This document shows, piece by piece, positions 50,701-58,551 of a stretch of DNA of 64,000 bases. The stretch spans positions 6,886-70,885 of the forward strand of contig CAJJAJ010000003.1 of assembly GCA_905182225.1 (NCBI GenBank), read 5' to 3'. Position 1 is the stretch's first letter; the number at the start of each line of letters is the position of its first letter. The translations under genes were made by a program, and so were the position numbers. The notes beneath the pieces are model-generated. The model saw only the letters and a list, made by a program, of their open reading frames with translations. It had not been told where the DNA came from and searched no databases. This stretch comes from an uncultured Aquiluna sp. (lineage in GTDB: Bacteria > Actinomycetota > Actinomycetes > Actinomycetales > Microbacteriaceae).

Positions 50701-51491
50701 ACCAAGGTGGGGGGGCCAACGAGATTCTCAACTGCGGGCGCAGGTTCCTTGCCTGTAAGACGCAGAATCGAGGCCGATGAGTCTTTTAGTTCAAGCTGCT
50801 GCACCAAGGTTAGGTCGGGCACAAAGTTTCCAAGCACCAGAAGCTTTTCTATTTCAACGTCTGGGCTCTGAATTAATTCGGAAACCAAAGACAGCACACC
50901 GGTTGGAATCAGGTCTGTTTGACCTTGGCTCACGGCTATCAAGTCTGAGATTCTAAAGTCACTTCTATAAGTCTTGATCACGTTTACCAAGGCTGGATTT
51001 ACCCTCGGCGTTGAGTCCACTCGCAATTCAAAATCTTCGCCCTTAGGTATTAGATGACTGCGCCACAACAAGATCGGCATCTTGGTTTGGCCGATAGAAA
51101 CCATACCTCCGGCGATGAACAGAGCATCAATGCCAAAATTACGCTCGATTCGATGAGCCTTTTTTAGAACTCTGCGAGAAGTTGTGAGGGCCCTGGATTG
51201 AGCAACCCCATCTCGCACCAGATTGGAGATAGTTGAACTTCTGGCGGAAGCCAACTGAGCAAGTCCACCCGGGTGGGACCTGCTCAAATCCACTTGCCCG
51301 AAGCTAGATAATTCGAACTGAACAAGCGGATTAGTGCCGCCAATGCTCAGTCGCTGCTTCTGCCAAAGCTCTAATAACTCATTGCGTTCCACGTGGAAAA
51401 TACTAGAAGCGAACCCAAGAAACATGGGGTTGCCTTGCCCGCTAAGCAGTAACTGCCAGGTGGCACAGTAATTTCGGAATTCGAAAACCAA
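47790..51491 (-). CDS. DUF4011/Upf1-like SF1 helicase-like protein with REase-like C-terminus; ATPase motifs degenerate
   Basis: The overall block order is family-like: N-terminal DUF4011-like region, helicase 1A/2A blocks, and a C-terminal DUF3320/Vsr-like block (GRIGLAVSF..AAVVDPDW...LLRAMGWDYQRVHALEIF). The Walker A position reads LPGCGYLQT (50601-50627). The Walker B position reads FDLVIVLDGSS (49041-49073). The start is ATG 51491 or ATG 51425. Confidence 0.75.
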   Translation of the reverse strand: MVFEFRNYCATWQLLLSGQGNPMFLGFASSIFHVERNELLELWQKQRLSIGGTNPLVQFELSSFGQVDLSRSHPGGLAQLASARSSTISNLVRDGVAQSRALTTSRRVLKKAHRIERNFGIDALFIAGGMVSIGQTKMPILLWRSHLIPKGEDFELRVDSTPRVNPALVNVIKTYRSDFRISDLIAVSQGQTDLIPTGVLSLVSELIQSPDVEIEKLLVLGNFVPDLTLVQQLELKDSSASILRLTGKEPAPAVENLVGPPTLVLNADAGQQAVLERAMAGNSFAVETLPGCGYLQTVVNLIANLAVSQKRALIIAPRQQTLDEVAERLSASKLPGLAVRQSDSWSDTVSAISRNEKASPGNLKSVRDLVARSQLDVERYFSVVQSKENSLGVSVIEALENLATLASLPSAPVNNARIKPDILPTIRNDAAALLGRAHEAGLFATSPEDGPWFQAKFESEAQISEALAAARSIAGEEFRILRYQISLYLSDLNLSASKKVEDWSLRLNLLLGIRETLDKFRPEIFDRSLQEMISATASRSERGELSGAQRRRFKKLAKGYLRQGAAVANLHQALVEAERQRVAWSQLNLTQAPPTVPLGLGDVQSKFQQIYRVLEILQRHLNPDPDIALLTRMELDQLAVVLEHLATKTGGLDHYMQRLPISNELVEIGLGQFAKEVSKSRPEVELLQREFELTWWQSALEAIIQSDSRILEYTAETIATLESDFEKANEDLIAQGLLDVRHQLAEAWRAAIAKQPAQADALRSQLRTKKLELKAASQAGGDLYKTLVPAVLVSPYKIHELDPAEEFDLVIVLDGSSTGLAESQQAISLANQVIAFGDPVIATPENFDTVARANQVHVETDRGSVFDLVAEVFSSLAISRNYRIEGQVLGKYLNDNFYDSRLVLEPAAGQLFGSHNFEHIEITEDANASSTIEGSTESLDSEVSKVAELVMSHARWTPEDSLMVVTASRTHAERIDQLVRQETHKQPQLAEFFDAHGREKFECISMSELTHRLADRVIFSVGFGRTPEGKISGTLGDFNFQNFSGWMVNQIVSARKRMTVVSCYNFEDFAAGGLPENQRWLKDLIAPSFMSDVAEGQADPLLRDLARRLEKLGLKVALNFGGRIGLAVSFGKKAAVVDPDWALVGENWDEKLRVRPGLLRAMGWDYQRVHALEIFAKPQDVANRIAMSLGVDLISRAQPLFEDRAFEDTSGAWGHENDSNDDRLRDDKPPHWG

Positions 51492-51590
51492 GGCCTTCTA
51501 ATTGCATCAAGTTTTTTGCTGCCATCGCGTAGCACTTCAAGATCAAGAAATTTGGGATTGCCCAATAGCTAGTAACCTATTACGGCTGCT

Positions 51591-51663
51591 GGCTCCGTAG
51601 CTCAGTGGATAGAGCAACGGTTTCCTAAACCGTGTGTCGGGTGTTCGATTCACCTCGGGGCCA
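51591..51663 (+). tRNA. tRNA-Arg (anticodon CCU)
   Basis: GGCUCCG-UA-GCUC-AGUGGAUA-GAGC-A-ACGGU-UUCCUAA-ACCGU-GUGUC-GGGUG-UUCGAUU-CACCU-CGGGGCC-A. CCA is not encoded. Confidence 0.92.
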
Positions 51664-51689
51664 CTTCTTAAGAAAAACGCTAATCATGC

Positions 51690-51733
51690 AAAAGGGCGTG
51701 ATAACCGCAAGGTCATCACGCCCCAAAGCTTTT
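51690..51733. terminator. Bidirectional intrinsic terminator
   Basis: A 13-bp stem with one A.C mismatch, GGGCGTGATAACC-GCAA-GGTCATCACGCCC, spans 51694-51723. On the minus strand TTTTG follows it directly, ending the 51747-52112 gene. On the plus strand a TTTTTATTTT tract follows after a 5-nt spacer, downstream of tRNA-Arg. Confidence 0.6.
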
Positions 51734-51746
51734 TATTTTCTACTGG

Positions 51747-52112
51747 TTAGTAAATAGCCACTACAAACAAAATGATTGTTGCTGCAGCAAAAATTGCCAT
51801 TGCTGCTTGAGTCAGGCTAACGAAGCGGGCCGAGGAGGCAATGGCGGTTTCGAGTGCGGAACCTGAAGCCTTCATGTCCTTGATCAACGCTGATCCCTCT
51901 CGAATGGCGGCGAACTGATTTATCAGAGACAGTGCGCCAGTCGTAACTAAGACTGTTACTGCGAAGAGCTTTACCTCGGCACTCGCGCCAATAAATTGTC
52001 CAGTTGCTAGCAAGTAAAGAGCGACGGCGAGCATTATGACTGACGACATTTGCGAGTTGATGATGGTTTTTCTCAAGGTGTTCCAGGTTCCTACAAGTGC
52101 AACTGAGTCCAT
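51747..52112 (-). CDS. Hypothetical small membrane protein (3-4 TM)
   Basis: A 121-aa hydrophobic ORF followed by the terminator above. No family was recognised. Confidence 0.5.
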   Translation of the reverse strand: MDSVALVGTWNTLRKTIINSQMSSVIMLAVALYLLATGQFIGASAEVKLFAVTVLVTTGALSLINQFAAIREGSALIKDMKASGSALETAIASSARFVSLTQAAMAIFAAATIILFVVAIY

Positions 52113-52254
52113 TTTGAGTTCCTTTGTCTAAGCGATTGAATTTGGGTGTTGCGTGTCTCACCGTTAAAAAGCCTAGCTTCTTTGGAAATGATTAGCGGTT
52201 GCTAGCCAAACCGCGCTGGCCTTTATCTTGAAGCAGTGCTGTGCGTTGGCTAGA

Positions 52255-52761
52255 TCAGGCGGCCTGCTTTTGCAGAGCCAGGAACTCACTCCACTGTGGC
52301 AGTGGCCTGTCAGATCCTCTGACGCTCCAAACTGTTCCAGTTGGCATCTTTGGTAGCACCTTCAAGTTCCAGCCGATCTCTGCCGGAGTGCGGTTTCCTT
52401 TTGAGTTATTGCACTCGAGACAACAAGCCACCAGATTTTCCCAGGTGTCCTTGCCTCCTCGAGATTTTGGCATGATGTGATCGATGGTGTTCGCGGGACC
52501 GGCGCAGTATCCACAACGCTGAGAGTCTCGCCTCAGCACTCCCCTTCTAGAAACTGGAACCCTTCTAGCGTTGGGAATTCGGACGTATCTCGAAAGCAGA
52601 ATAACTGATGGCATCTCAAATTCTTGGCTGGCGCTTCGAACTACTTCGTTGTCTATTCCTGCCAAAACTGTGGCTTTATCGTTTAGAACTAAAACTAAAG
52701 CTCGCTTGAAAGAGACGACGGCCAGCGGCTCGTAGCCTGCATTTAGAACAAGGGTGCGCAT
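52255..52761 (-). CDS. HNH endonuclease (conserved actinobacterial about 170-aa type)
   Basis: Family-like N-terminus MRTLVLNAGYEPLAVVSF and HNH/zinc core CGYCAG...IDHIMPKSRGGKDTWENLVACCLECNNSKGNR. GGAGA lies upstream of ATG 52761. Confidence 0.8.
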   Translation of the reverse strand: MRTLVLNAGYEPLAVVSFKRALVLVLNDKATVLAGIDNEVVRSASQEFEMPSVILLSRYVRIPNARRVPVSRRGVLRRDSQRCGYCAGPANTIDHIMPKSRGGKDTWENLVACCLECNNSKGNRTPAEIGWNLKVLPKMPTGTVWSVRGSDRPLPQWSEFLALQKQAA

Positions 52762-52820
52762 ATGGTTATCTCCGATCGAAATCGCCAGCACGGCCTGCTG
52801 GCATCCGAATTGACCCCGGG

Positions 52821-52852
52821 TAATAAAAAACGCGCCGCAATAATGCGACGCG
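52821..52852 (-). terminator. Intrinsic terminator between the NlpC/P60 and HNH genes
   Basis: The minus strand reads CGCGTCGCA-TTAT-TGCGGCGCG, a 9-position stem with one mismatch. TTTTTTATTA follows it directly. Confidence 0.6.
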
Positions 52853-53045
52853 CAGGTTCTCCCAGCTAGATGAACAGGGGTGCTGGCACAGATGTATCCA
52901 GTTGCCATACGTGGCTGGCATGCTTGCTGGCATCTGCACTCCTTCCCCGAAGATCAAGAATCAATACTCTCTAAAACAGTATGCGGGAAATCAGTATTTT
53001 TTGGTTAGAAACGCTTACGCAGAAAAGTGGAAATTAGTTGATTTC

Positions 53046-53792
53046 CTAGTTCTGAATTTCCGCGACGCGTATGAAGTGATAGCGATTAGTGAAAATTGGT
53101 GCCAATTTCACGCGGTCTCCAGGTTGAGGGGCGTGGTAGAAGTTGCCGTTGCCAGCGTAGATGCCGTTGTGAGAAAAATCATTGAAAATCACTAGGTCTC
53201 CCGGTAGAGCTTCCTCGGCTGAAATTTTTGTTCCCAACTTTGCTTGCTGATAAACGCTGTGCGGGAGTTCGACACCGAATTGAGAGTAAACAAAAAGAAC
53301 ATAACCAGAGCAGTCAATGCCACCTGGAGTCTGACCGCCAAATACGTAAGGTGTTCCTACTAGCTCAGCCGAGGACTTCATTAGGTTCGAGCTGGAGATG
53401 TCGGTAAATCGTGGACTAGCCAAGTAGTCGGCAGCCCTAGGGCCTTTGTAGTAATAAATCCTTGATTTTGATTCAACCTGGAATTCGGAGGCTTCTGCCA
53501 GGGCGTAGTCTCCACGAGTGAATTCAACAGCCCTTACTGTCGCGACCGAGAGGCCTTGGCTCGGAGCTGAGATCTGAAGCATCTCGGAGTCTCGAGCAAG
53601 ACCAGAAGCAGCCGTGACCTCTGGTGCAAAACCGTAGGACGGCAGTGCTGCTGTTGCCATGAGCCCAGTGGAGGCAAGCATTGTCATAAACGTGCGCAGA
53701 GGGTGCCGCTGCACCTTCGCAGCTCTTTTTCGTTCGCTACGCCGCAGGTTCCTGCGACTGCCTAGCAAATCGTCAGCACTGGCTGAAATCAA
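53046..53792 (-). CDS. NlpC/P60 (C40) cell-wall peptidase
   Basis: Catalytic Cys block GGIDCSGYVLFVYSQFG and His block GDLVIFNDFSHNGIYAGNGNFYHAP. A signal-like segment is MTMLASTGLMATAALPSYG. The start codon is uncertain. Confidence 0.85.
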   Translation of the reverse strand: MISASADDLLGSRRNLRRSERKRAAKVQRHPLRTFMTMLASTGLMATAALPSYGFAPEVTAASGLARDSEMLQISAPSQGLSVATVRAVEFTRGDYALAEASEFQVESKSRIYYYKGPRAADYLASPRFTDISSSNLMKSSAELVGTPYVFGGQTPGGIDCSGYVLFVYSQFGVELPHSVYQQAKLGTKISAEEALPGDLVIFNDFSHNGIYAGNGNFYHAPQPGDRVKLAPIFTNRYHFIRVAEIQN

Positions 53793-53840
53793 TAGGGGTC
53801 CTCTGAAAAACTTTCTTTGGTTCTACCGAACAAATCCTAG

Positions 53841-54524
53841 CTACAAAACCTTGGAAACACCTAAAAACAGATGCTGCGCAATTCCTGTGTCAACTAGTAA
53901 CCCGTCGCTCAGACCAGTGGAGACTAAAAGCCATCCCTGCTCCTGGGTAGACAACGTGACCTTGGCCCCCGGCAAAAGTGACAACTCCGCCAGCTGATTC
54001 AAGAACGATCCGTCCAGCTGAAGCGGTTCTCCGATTCTCACAATCTCGTACTCGCCAGGCTCCAGAGACGACAGTGCCCAACACTCCTGGATGTCAGCTG
54101 GGGCCAGCCCCAGAAGTTCAAGGCCTGGAACCGGCATTCCAAATGGCGAGACGCTTGGGTTTTTTAGAAGAGCGATAAGTTTTCTTTCGACTGACTCGCT
54201 CATGACGTGTTCCCAGCGACAAGCCTCGTCGTGAATGTTTGACCACTCCAGCCCGATTACTTCAAGCAAGAGTTGCTCAGCTAGGCGGTGCTTGCGCATG
54301 ACTTCGACAGCGGTCAGGCGGCCAACATCAGTGAACTGCAGTTGGCGGTCATCCAGCAAGCGAAGCAGGCCGTCCCGCTCCATCCGGGCAACAGTCTGTG
54401 AAACGGTTGGTCCGGAGTGGTCTAGGCGTTCGGCAATTCTTGCTCGCATTGGCGGAATATGTTCCTCCTCAAGCTCGTAAATCGCCTTGAGGTACATTTC
54501 GGTTGTGTCAATGAGGTCAGTCAT
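53841..54524 (-). CDS. DtxR/IdeR-family metal-dependent repressor
   Basis: TEMYLKAIYELEEEHIPPMRARIAERLDHSGPTVSQTVARMERDGLL, a metal-site region, and a C-terminal SH3-like domain. Confidence 0.9.
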   Translation of the reverse strand: MTDLIDTTEMYLKAIYELEEEHIPPMRARIAERLDHSGPTVSQTVARMERDGLLRLLDDRQLQFTDVGRLTAVEVMRKHRLAEQLLLEVIGLEWSNIHDEACRWEHVMSESVERKLIALLKNPSVSPFGMPVPGLELLGLAPADIQECWALSSLEPGEYEIVRIGEPLQLDGSFLNQLAELSLLPGAKVTLSTQEQGWLLVSTGLSDGLLVDTGIAQHLFLGVSKVL

Positions 54525-54580
54525 TAATCCCTCTTCGCTCCTAAACCTGGTCGTTTACTTGCAATACTAAACTTGAGGCC

Positions 54581-55696
54581 ATGTCAGACATAGTAATCCC
54601 AGATTCAATCAAACCCCTAGACGGCCGATTCGGCTGCGGACCGTCGCGAATGCGACCCGAGCAGCTTCGGGCTTTTGAAGATTTTGGCGTAAGCCACATG
54701 GGCACCAGTCACCGCCAAGCACCAATCAAAAACTTGGTTGGAGATTTCAAGCAAGGCCTGCTGAACATGTTCCACGCTCCAGCCGGTTACGAAATAATTA
54801 TGGGCAACGGTGGCGCCTCCGCATTCTGGGATGCCGCGACCTTTTCACTTGTCGAACAAAAAGGTCAAGCCCTTGTTCATGGTGAGTTCGGCAATAAGTT
54901 TGCGAATATTCTCAACACTCCATGGCTTGAGGCCCCGACCGTGATCTCGGTTGACCCAGGATCTCGCGGCGACCTTATCGCCGAAGAGGGAGTCGATGTC
55001 TATGCCTACCCGCACAACGAAACTTCATCGGGGGTCGTTACCGATGTCAAGCGCGTAAAGGGTGCTGACGAAAACGCCCTGATGCTCACCGATGCCACAA
55101 GTGCTGCTGGCGGCATAGATTTTGACCCGAAGCAAACCGATGTCTATTACTTTTCACCGCAGAAGAACTTGGCTTCTGACGGAGGCCTTTGGATTGCTCT
55201 TGTTTCACCCAAGGCTATTGGTCGCATCGAAGCGGTTGCCTCGTCGGGACGATACATTCCAAACATCTTGAGCCTGGAGTTGGCACTTGAAAATTCAAGG
55301 CAAAATTTCACTCTGAATACCCCATCGCTCGCAACGATATTTTTTGCCAACAATCAAGTTCAATGGATAAATGACAACGGCGGTTTGGCTTGGGCGGATA
55401 GTAGAACTAGACAAAGCTCCGACCTGCTTTACAACTGGGCCGAAAAAACCGAAGTGACCAAGCCGTTTGTTGAAAACCCAGCACATCGTTCACAGGTCGT
55501 GGCAACTATAAACTTTGATGATTCGATCGATGCCCTCGGGATCGCTTCAATACTTCGAGATAATGGCATTGTCGATACCGAACCGTATCGAAAGCTTGGA
55601 AAGAATCAGCTACGGATAGCCACCTTTGTTTCCACGGAGCCGTCGGAAGTCGAACGTCTACTAGCATCAATTGAATACGTACTAGAAAGAATCTAA
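54581..55696 (+). CDS. serC: Phosphoserine aminotransferase (actinobacterial type)
   Basis: N-terminus DGRFGCGPSRMRPEQL and the PLP-lysine region YYFSPQKNLASDGG. The length is 371 aa. Confidence 0.9.
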   Translation: MSDIVIPDSIKPLDGRFGCGPSRMRPEQLRAFEDFGVSHMGTSHRQAPIKNLVGDFKQGLLNMFHAPAGYEIIMGNGGASAFWDAATFSLVEQKGQALVHGEFGNKFANILNTPWLEAPTVISVDPGSRGDLIAEEGVDVYAYPHNETSSGVVTDVKRVKGADENALMLTDATSAAGGIDFDPKQTDVYYFSPQKNLASDGGLWIALVSPKAIGRIEAVASSGRYIPNILSLELALENSRQNFTLNTPSLATIFFANNQVQWINDNGGLAWADSRTRQSSDLLYNWAEKTEVTKPFVENPAHRSQVVATINFDDSIDALGIASILRDNGIVDTEPYRKLGKNQLRIATFVSTEPSEVERLLASIEYVLERI

Positions 55697-55924
55697 ATGC
55701 GTTTTTATCTAAAACTGAGCGAGCGAGAAGCTGAGCCAACCCCTAAGGCTCTGGATTCGAAACCGATTATCAGGGTGGGCTTAATAATTTGGCTCTTAGT
55801 CTTCGTCGGGCTCGCTGTGTTTTATCCGGCGTTGGCGGACGCGGGTCTTCAGTGGTGGCTGCATACTTCCTTGGTCGGAATTTCCCTCGGAATCATCGGA
55901 CTTTATATCATCCGTAACGACTAG
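55697..55924 (+). CDS. Small two-TM protein (DUF2530-like)
   Basis: The ATG abuts the serC TAA. Two TM helices flank a WW motif (GLIIWLLVFVGLAVF...LQWWLHTSLVGISLGIIGLYII). The family call is from memory. Confidence 0.5.
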   Translation: MRFYLKLSEREAEPTPKALDSKPIIRVGLIIWLLVFVGLAVFYPALADAGLQWWLHTSLVGISLGIIGLYIIRND

Positions 55925-56272
55925 AGCCTTAATTAGCTCGTCGGCCTCGGCGTCGGTCTTAGCCTTACCTTCTGCACGTAGTTGCTTCCTAAACTCGCTC
56001 AGCCGGTCTGCCCACGGCACCCATTCTGGCGCCAAAAGAGCGTCCTCCGACGCCACTAAATTGAGCTCTGAAAAAGTTGCGGCTTTTCGCTTATCGGTCT
56101 GAGTGAGGGTCAGAAGCCAGTTCCAACCGCTATACCCGCGCATGTTGCAGAGGTAGCGAAGTTCGATGACACCCTTCGTCGGCTCGGTCTCACTTATGAA
56201 TTCGCCGTAGCTTGATTCTGGAAGCTCGGCCTTCAAAATTTGAATGGCCATCTCTTGGTTTTTAGCCTTCAA
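55796..56272 (-). CDS. DUF3027 domain protein
   Basis: Core MRGYSGWNWLLTLTQ...ALLAPEWVPWADRL, then a charged tail. The start is ATG 56272, overlapping the csp stop, or ATG 56251. Confidence 0.6.
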   Translation of the reverse strand: MKAKNQEMAIQILKAELPESSYGEFISETEPTKGVIELRYLCNMRGYSGWNWLLTLTQTDKRKAATFSELNLVASEDALLAPEWVPWADRLSEFRKQLRAEGKAKTDAEADELIKALVVTDDIKSDDSEGNSDQGSMQPPLKTRVRQRRIKHSEPDED

Positions 56273-56642
56273 GCTCTTCCGCCACCCTGCGCAATAATTG
56301 CGCTACTTTTTTGCCGTGAGCAGCCTCCGGATACTTGCCTCGCTTGAGGTTTCCACCGACCTGATCCAAAAGACCAATTAGGTCCTCGGTAATGATTGCC
56401 AAGTCTTCGGCTGGCTTGCGATTTGGCGATGTTAGCGTCGGGACTTCTAAAACCCTGACGGATAAAGCTTGAGCACCCTTGCGACCGTCGGCTATGCCGA
56501 ACTCAACGCGACTCCCGGGCTTTATTGTTTCGGTCCCCGCCGGAAGAGCACTCGCATGCAAAAAGACCTCGGTGCCGTCATCGCCCGCGATGAAGCCGAA
56601 TCCTTTTTCGTCATCAAAAAATTTTACTTTGCCGGTCGGCAT
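56262..56642 (-). CDS. Cold-shock domain protein with C-terminal extension (CspB/Rv0871-like)
   Basis: MPTGKVKFFDDEKGFGFIAGDDGTEVFLHASAL carries the RNP1/RNP2 motifs. AGGAAG lies upstream of ATG 56642. Confidence 0.9.
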   Translation of the reverse strand: MPTGKVKFFDDEKGFGFIAGDDGTEVFLHASALPAGTETIKPGSRVEFGIADGRKGAQALSVRVLEVPTLTSPNRKPAEDLAIITEDLIGLLDQVGGNLKRGKYPEAAHGKKVAQLLRRVAEELEG

Positions 56643-56698
56643 GCTTCCTACTTTCAACTGGTCGGCGTTTAGTGTATCTGAAAGGTTAGAGTTATCTG

Positions 56699-56938
56699 AT
56701 GGCTAAAAATCAAAAGCGACCCCAAATCGAAACTACCTTGGCCTACATGGCCGTTGGTGTGACTGGTGTCTCCATTGTATTTATGCTACTTACTCTGGGC
56801 CTAAGCGCCCTTGGCTTCAACAGTTTCCCAGTGCTTTTCGCCCAATTGCCACTCATCGGACTGCCCGTCGGCTTTCTGATAATCGTAAGCATGCTGATTG
56901 TGTCAATCATTCGACGTACGAAAGAAAATAGGGATTAG
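56699..56938 (+). CDS. Hypothetical small two-TM protein
   Basis: A 79-aa hydrophobic ORF whose stop overlaps the GTG of the next gene (TAGTG). No family was recognised. Confidence 0.45.
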   Translation: MAKNQKRPQIETTLAYMAVGVTGVSIVFMLLTLGLSALGFNSFPVLFAQLPLIGLPVGFLIIVSMLIVSIIRRTKENRD

Positions 56939-58542
56939 TGTCTTCAATACTCGAACTTGCATCACAGCTAAGAGCGAAAAATGTTGCAGAACTTAGCCAG
57001 ACCTTGGAAAACTCACTTGGCCATGGCCATGGATGCGATGACTACTTTGATCTGAGTCGGGTCTTGCTTTCTAGAAGAGAGCTGGAGCCGAAGATTCGCG
57101 CACTTGCGGCCTCGGAACTAGAGGCGCTCAGAAACGAAAAGAGCACCGCCCACTTAAGGTCTCAAAATTTAGCGACCAAGTCTTCACTTCCTGAAGCAGC
57201 AAGCCTGGGTCGGGAGCTTGAGATTGCGAAGTACAAGCCGGCAAATCGTCACGGTTCTTACCTAACTGCTTATGAGAGCCTCATCTGCATTACAGAGTTA
57301 TTGTTCGCCTGCGAACGCCACTGGCTCGATGTCATTAGAGCAGGCATCCGCTCTCAAGACGCAAAAGAGATCGCACTCAAACTCAAGATTGCACCAAAAG
57401 ACGTCCAGCGCATCTTTCAGCTCGCTCTCGAAGCCGGACTAATTGGTCAGAACGAGTCTCGCTGGGTGGCAACAACGCTTGGCATGGAGTGGTTGGAGCT
57501 GGAGAGGAGTCAGGCTTGGCTAATGCTTGCCAAGTCTTGCTGGGACTTGCCGGCACTCAAGGTGCATGAAGGGCAATTGACAGAGCAAATATCAGCGGCA
57601 TATCCGCTGGCAAACCTCGCAAACTTAAAACTGCTCGAGTATGGAGCCGACCTGGGTTTGACTGATTTCGACAACGCTCTGCACCCGCTGACTCTTGGGA
57701 CAGTCGAAAAGGCAGCCAAAGACATAGCCAAGAACTTGCCGGGAATACAGGACAAGTTATTGGTTCAAGCAGACCTAAGCATTGTTTCGCCTGGTCCAAT
57801 TTCAACGAGTCTTCATCGAAAGCTGGATACCTTTGCGGATTCTGAGGACCTTGGGTTGGCGTCTAGATTTCGGATTTCAAGCCTAAGCATTTCGCACGCC
57901 ATGGAAACTGGCATGAGCATTGCCGAGATTACAGAAGTGCTTCTGAAATCGGGAAGCAAGGGCTTGCCTCAGCCGGTCAAATACCTCCTTCAGCAGACCG
58001 GTGATCGGTTTGGACAACTCAAGGTGCTATCTAGAAAAGAGGGAACTATTGTCGAGGCCACCGACACCATTTTGCTCACGCAGATCTCAAACGAGCAATC
58101 ACTCCGAGGGCTAATGCTTCAGCCGATCGCAAATGGGCAACTCGGCAGCAAGCTTGGAGTGGACCTTGTTTACTTCAACCTCAGGGATGCCGGATATGCG
58201 GCAGTGATGTTTGATGAAAAGGGAAAAGTTCAATCGCCCAGAGTGCCAGTTTCGGCGACGCCAGAAATCCCCAGGGAGGACGAGATTGCCTCAAGGGTTG
58301 CCTCGCTAATCTCCGGTGAGAAAAACCAAATGGGTGGTGATGACGTGATGCGTCAATTGCTGTTCGCCCAAAAGAACAAAATCATGGTTCAGATTTCGGT
58401 TGAGATGCAAGATGGCGACGCCAAACAGTTCACTCTTTCAGTATTGGGCGTGGCAGCTGGTCGACTTAGAGGTAAGGACCAGCTCAAAGATGCTGAGCGA
58501 ACCCTGCCGATATCGCGGATCCAGTCAGTGCTTCTGGTTTAA
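56938..58542 (+). CDS. XPB-associated protein with Helicase_C_3-type domain
   Basis: Block LLVQADLSIVSPGPISTSLHRKLDTFADSEDLGLASRFRISSLSISHAMETGMSIAEITEVLLKSGSKGLPQPVKYLL. The position directly upstream of XPB matches what I recall of Mtb Rv0862c/Rv0861c. Confidence 0.65.
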   Translation: MSSILELASQLRAKNVAELSQTLENSLGHGHGCDDYFDLSRVLLSRRELEPKIRALAASELEALRNEKSTAHLRSQNLATKSSLPEAASLGRELEIAKYKPANRHGSYLTAYESLICITELLFACERHWLDVIRAGIRSQDAKEIALKLKIAPKDVQRIFQLALEAGLIGQNESRWVATTLGMEWLELERSQAWLMLAKSCWDLPALKVHEGQLTEQISAAYPLANLANLKLLEYGADLGLTDFDNALHPLTLGTVEKAAKDIAKNLPGIQDKLLVQADLSIVSPGPISTSLHRKLDTFADSEDLGLASRFRISSLSISHAMETGMSIAEITEVLLKSGSKGLPQPVKYLLQQTGDRFGQLKVLSRKEGTIVEATDTILLTQISNEQSLRGLMLQPIANGQLGSKLGVDLVYFNLRDAGYAAVMFDEKGKVQSPRVPVSATPEIPREDEIASRVASLISGEKNQMGGDDVMRQLLFAQKNKIMVQISVEMQDGDAKQFTLSVLGVAAGRLRGKDQLKDAERTLPISRIQSVLLV

Positions 58543-58551
58543 GGTATAAGG

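Noticed and set aside
52762-52908. A 49-codon Cys-rich N-terminal extension of the HNH ORF (MATGYICASTPVHLAGRTCASHYCGAFF...)
   Set aside because: The family N-terminus MRTLVLNAGYEPL begins at ATG 52761 with its own GGAGA RBS. The extension also runs through a terminator hairpin.
52911-52935. Sigma-54-like TGGCAT..TTGC element
   Set aside because: The GG-to-GC spacing is 3 nt too short for the -24/-12 consensus. As far as I know, actinobacteria also lack RpoN. I treat it as part of the GCTGGCA repeat set.
51591-53045. tRNA-Arg(CCU) as the attachment site of an integrated element containing the HNH gene
   Set aside because: I found no direct repeat of the tRNA 3' half by eye and no integrase. 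The HNH is the conserved housekeeping-type actinobacterial protein. A computational repeat search would settle it.
53793-53840. A c-di-AMP (ydaO-type) riboswitch, which often precedes actinobacterial NlpC/P60 genes
   Set aside because: Only 48 nt separate the ORF from the DtxR gene. Even assuming a later start, I saw none of the conserved ydaO sequence blocks.
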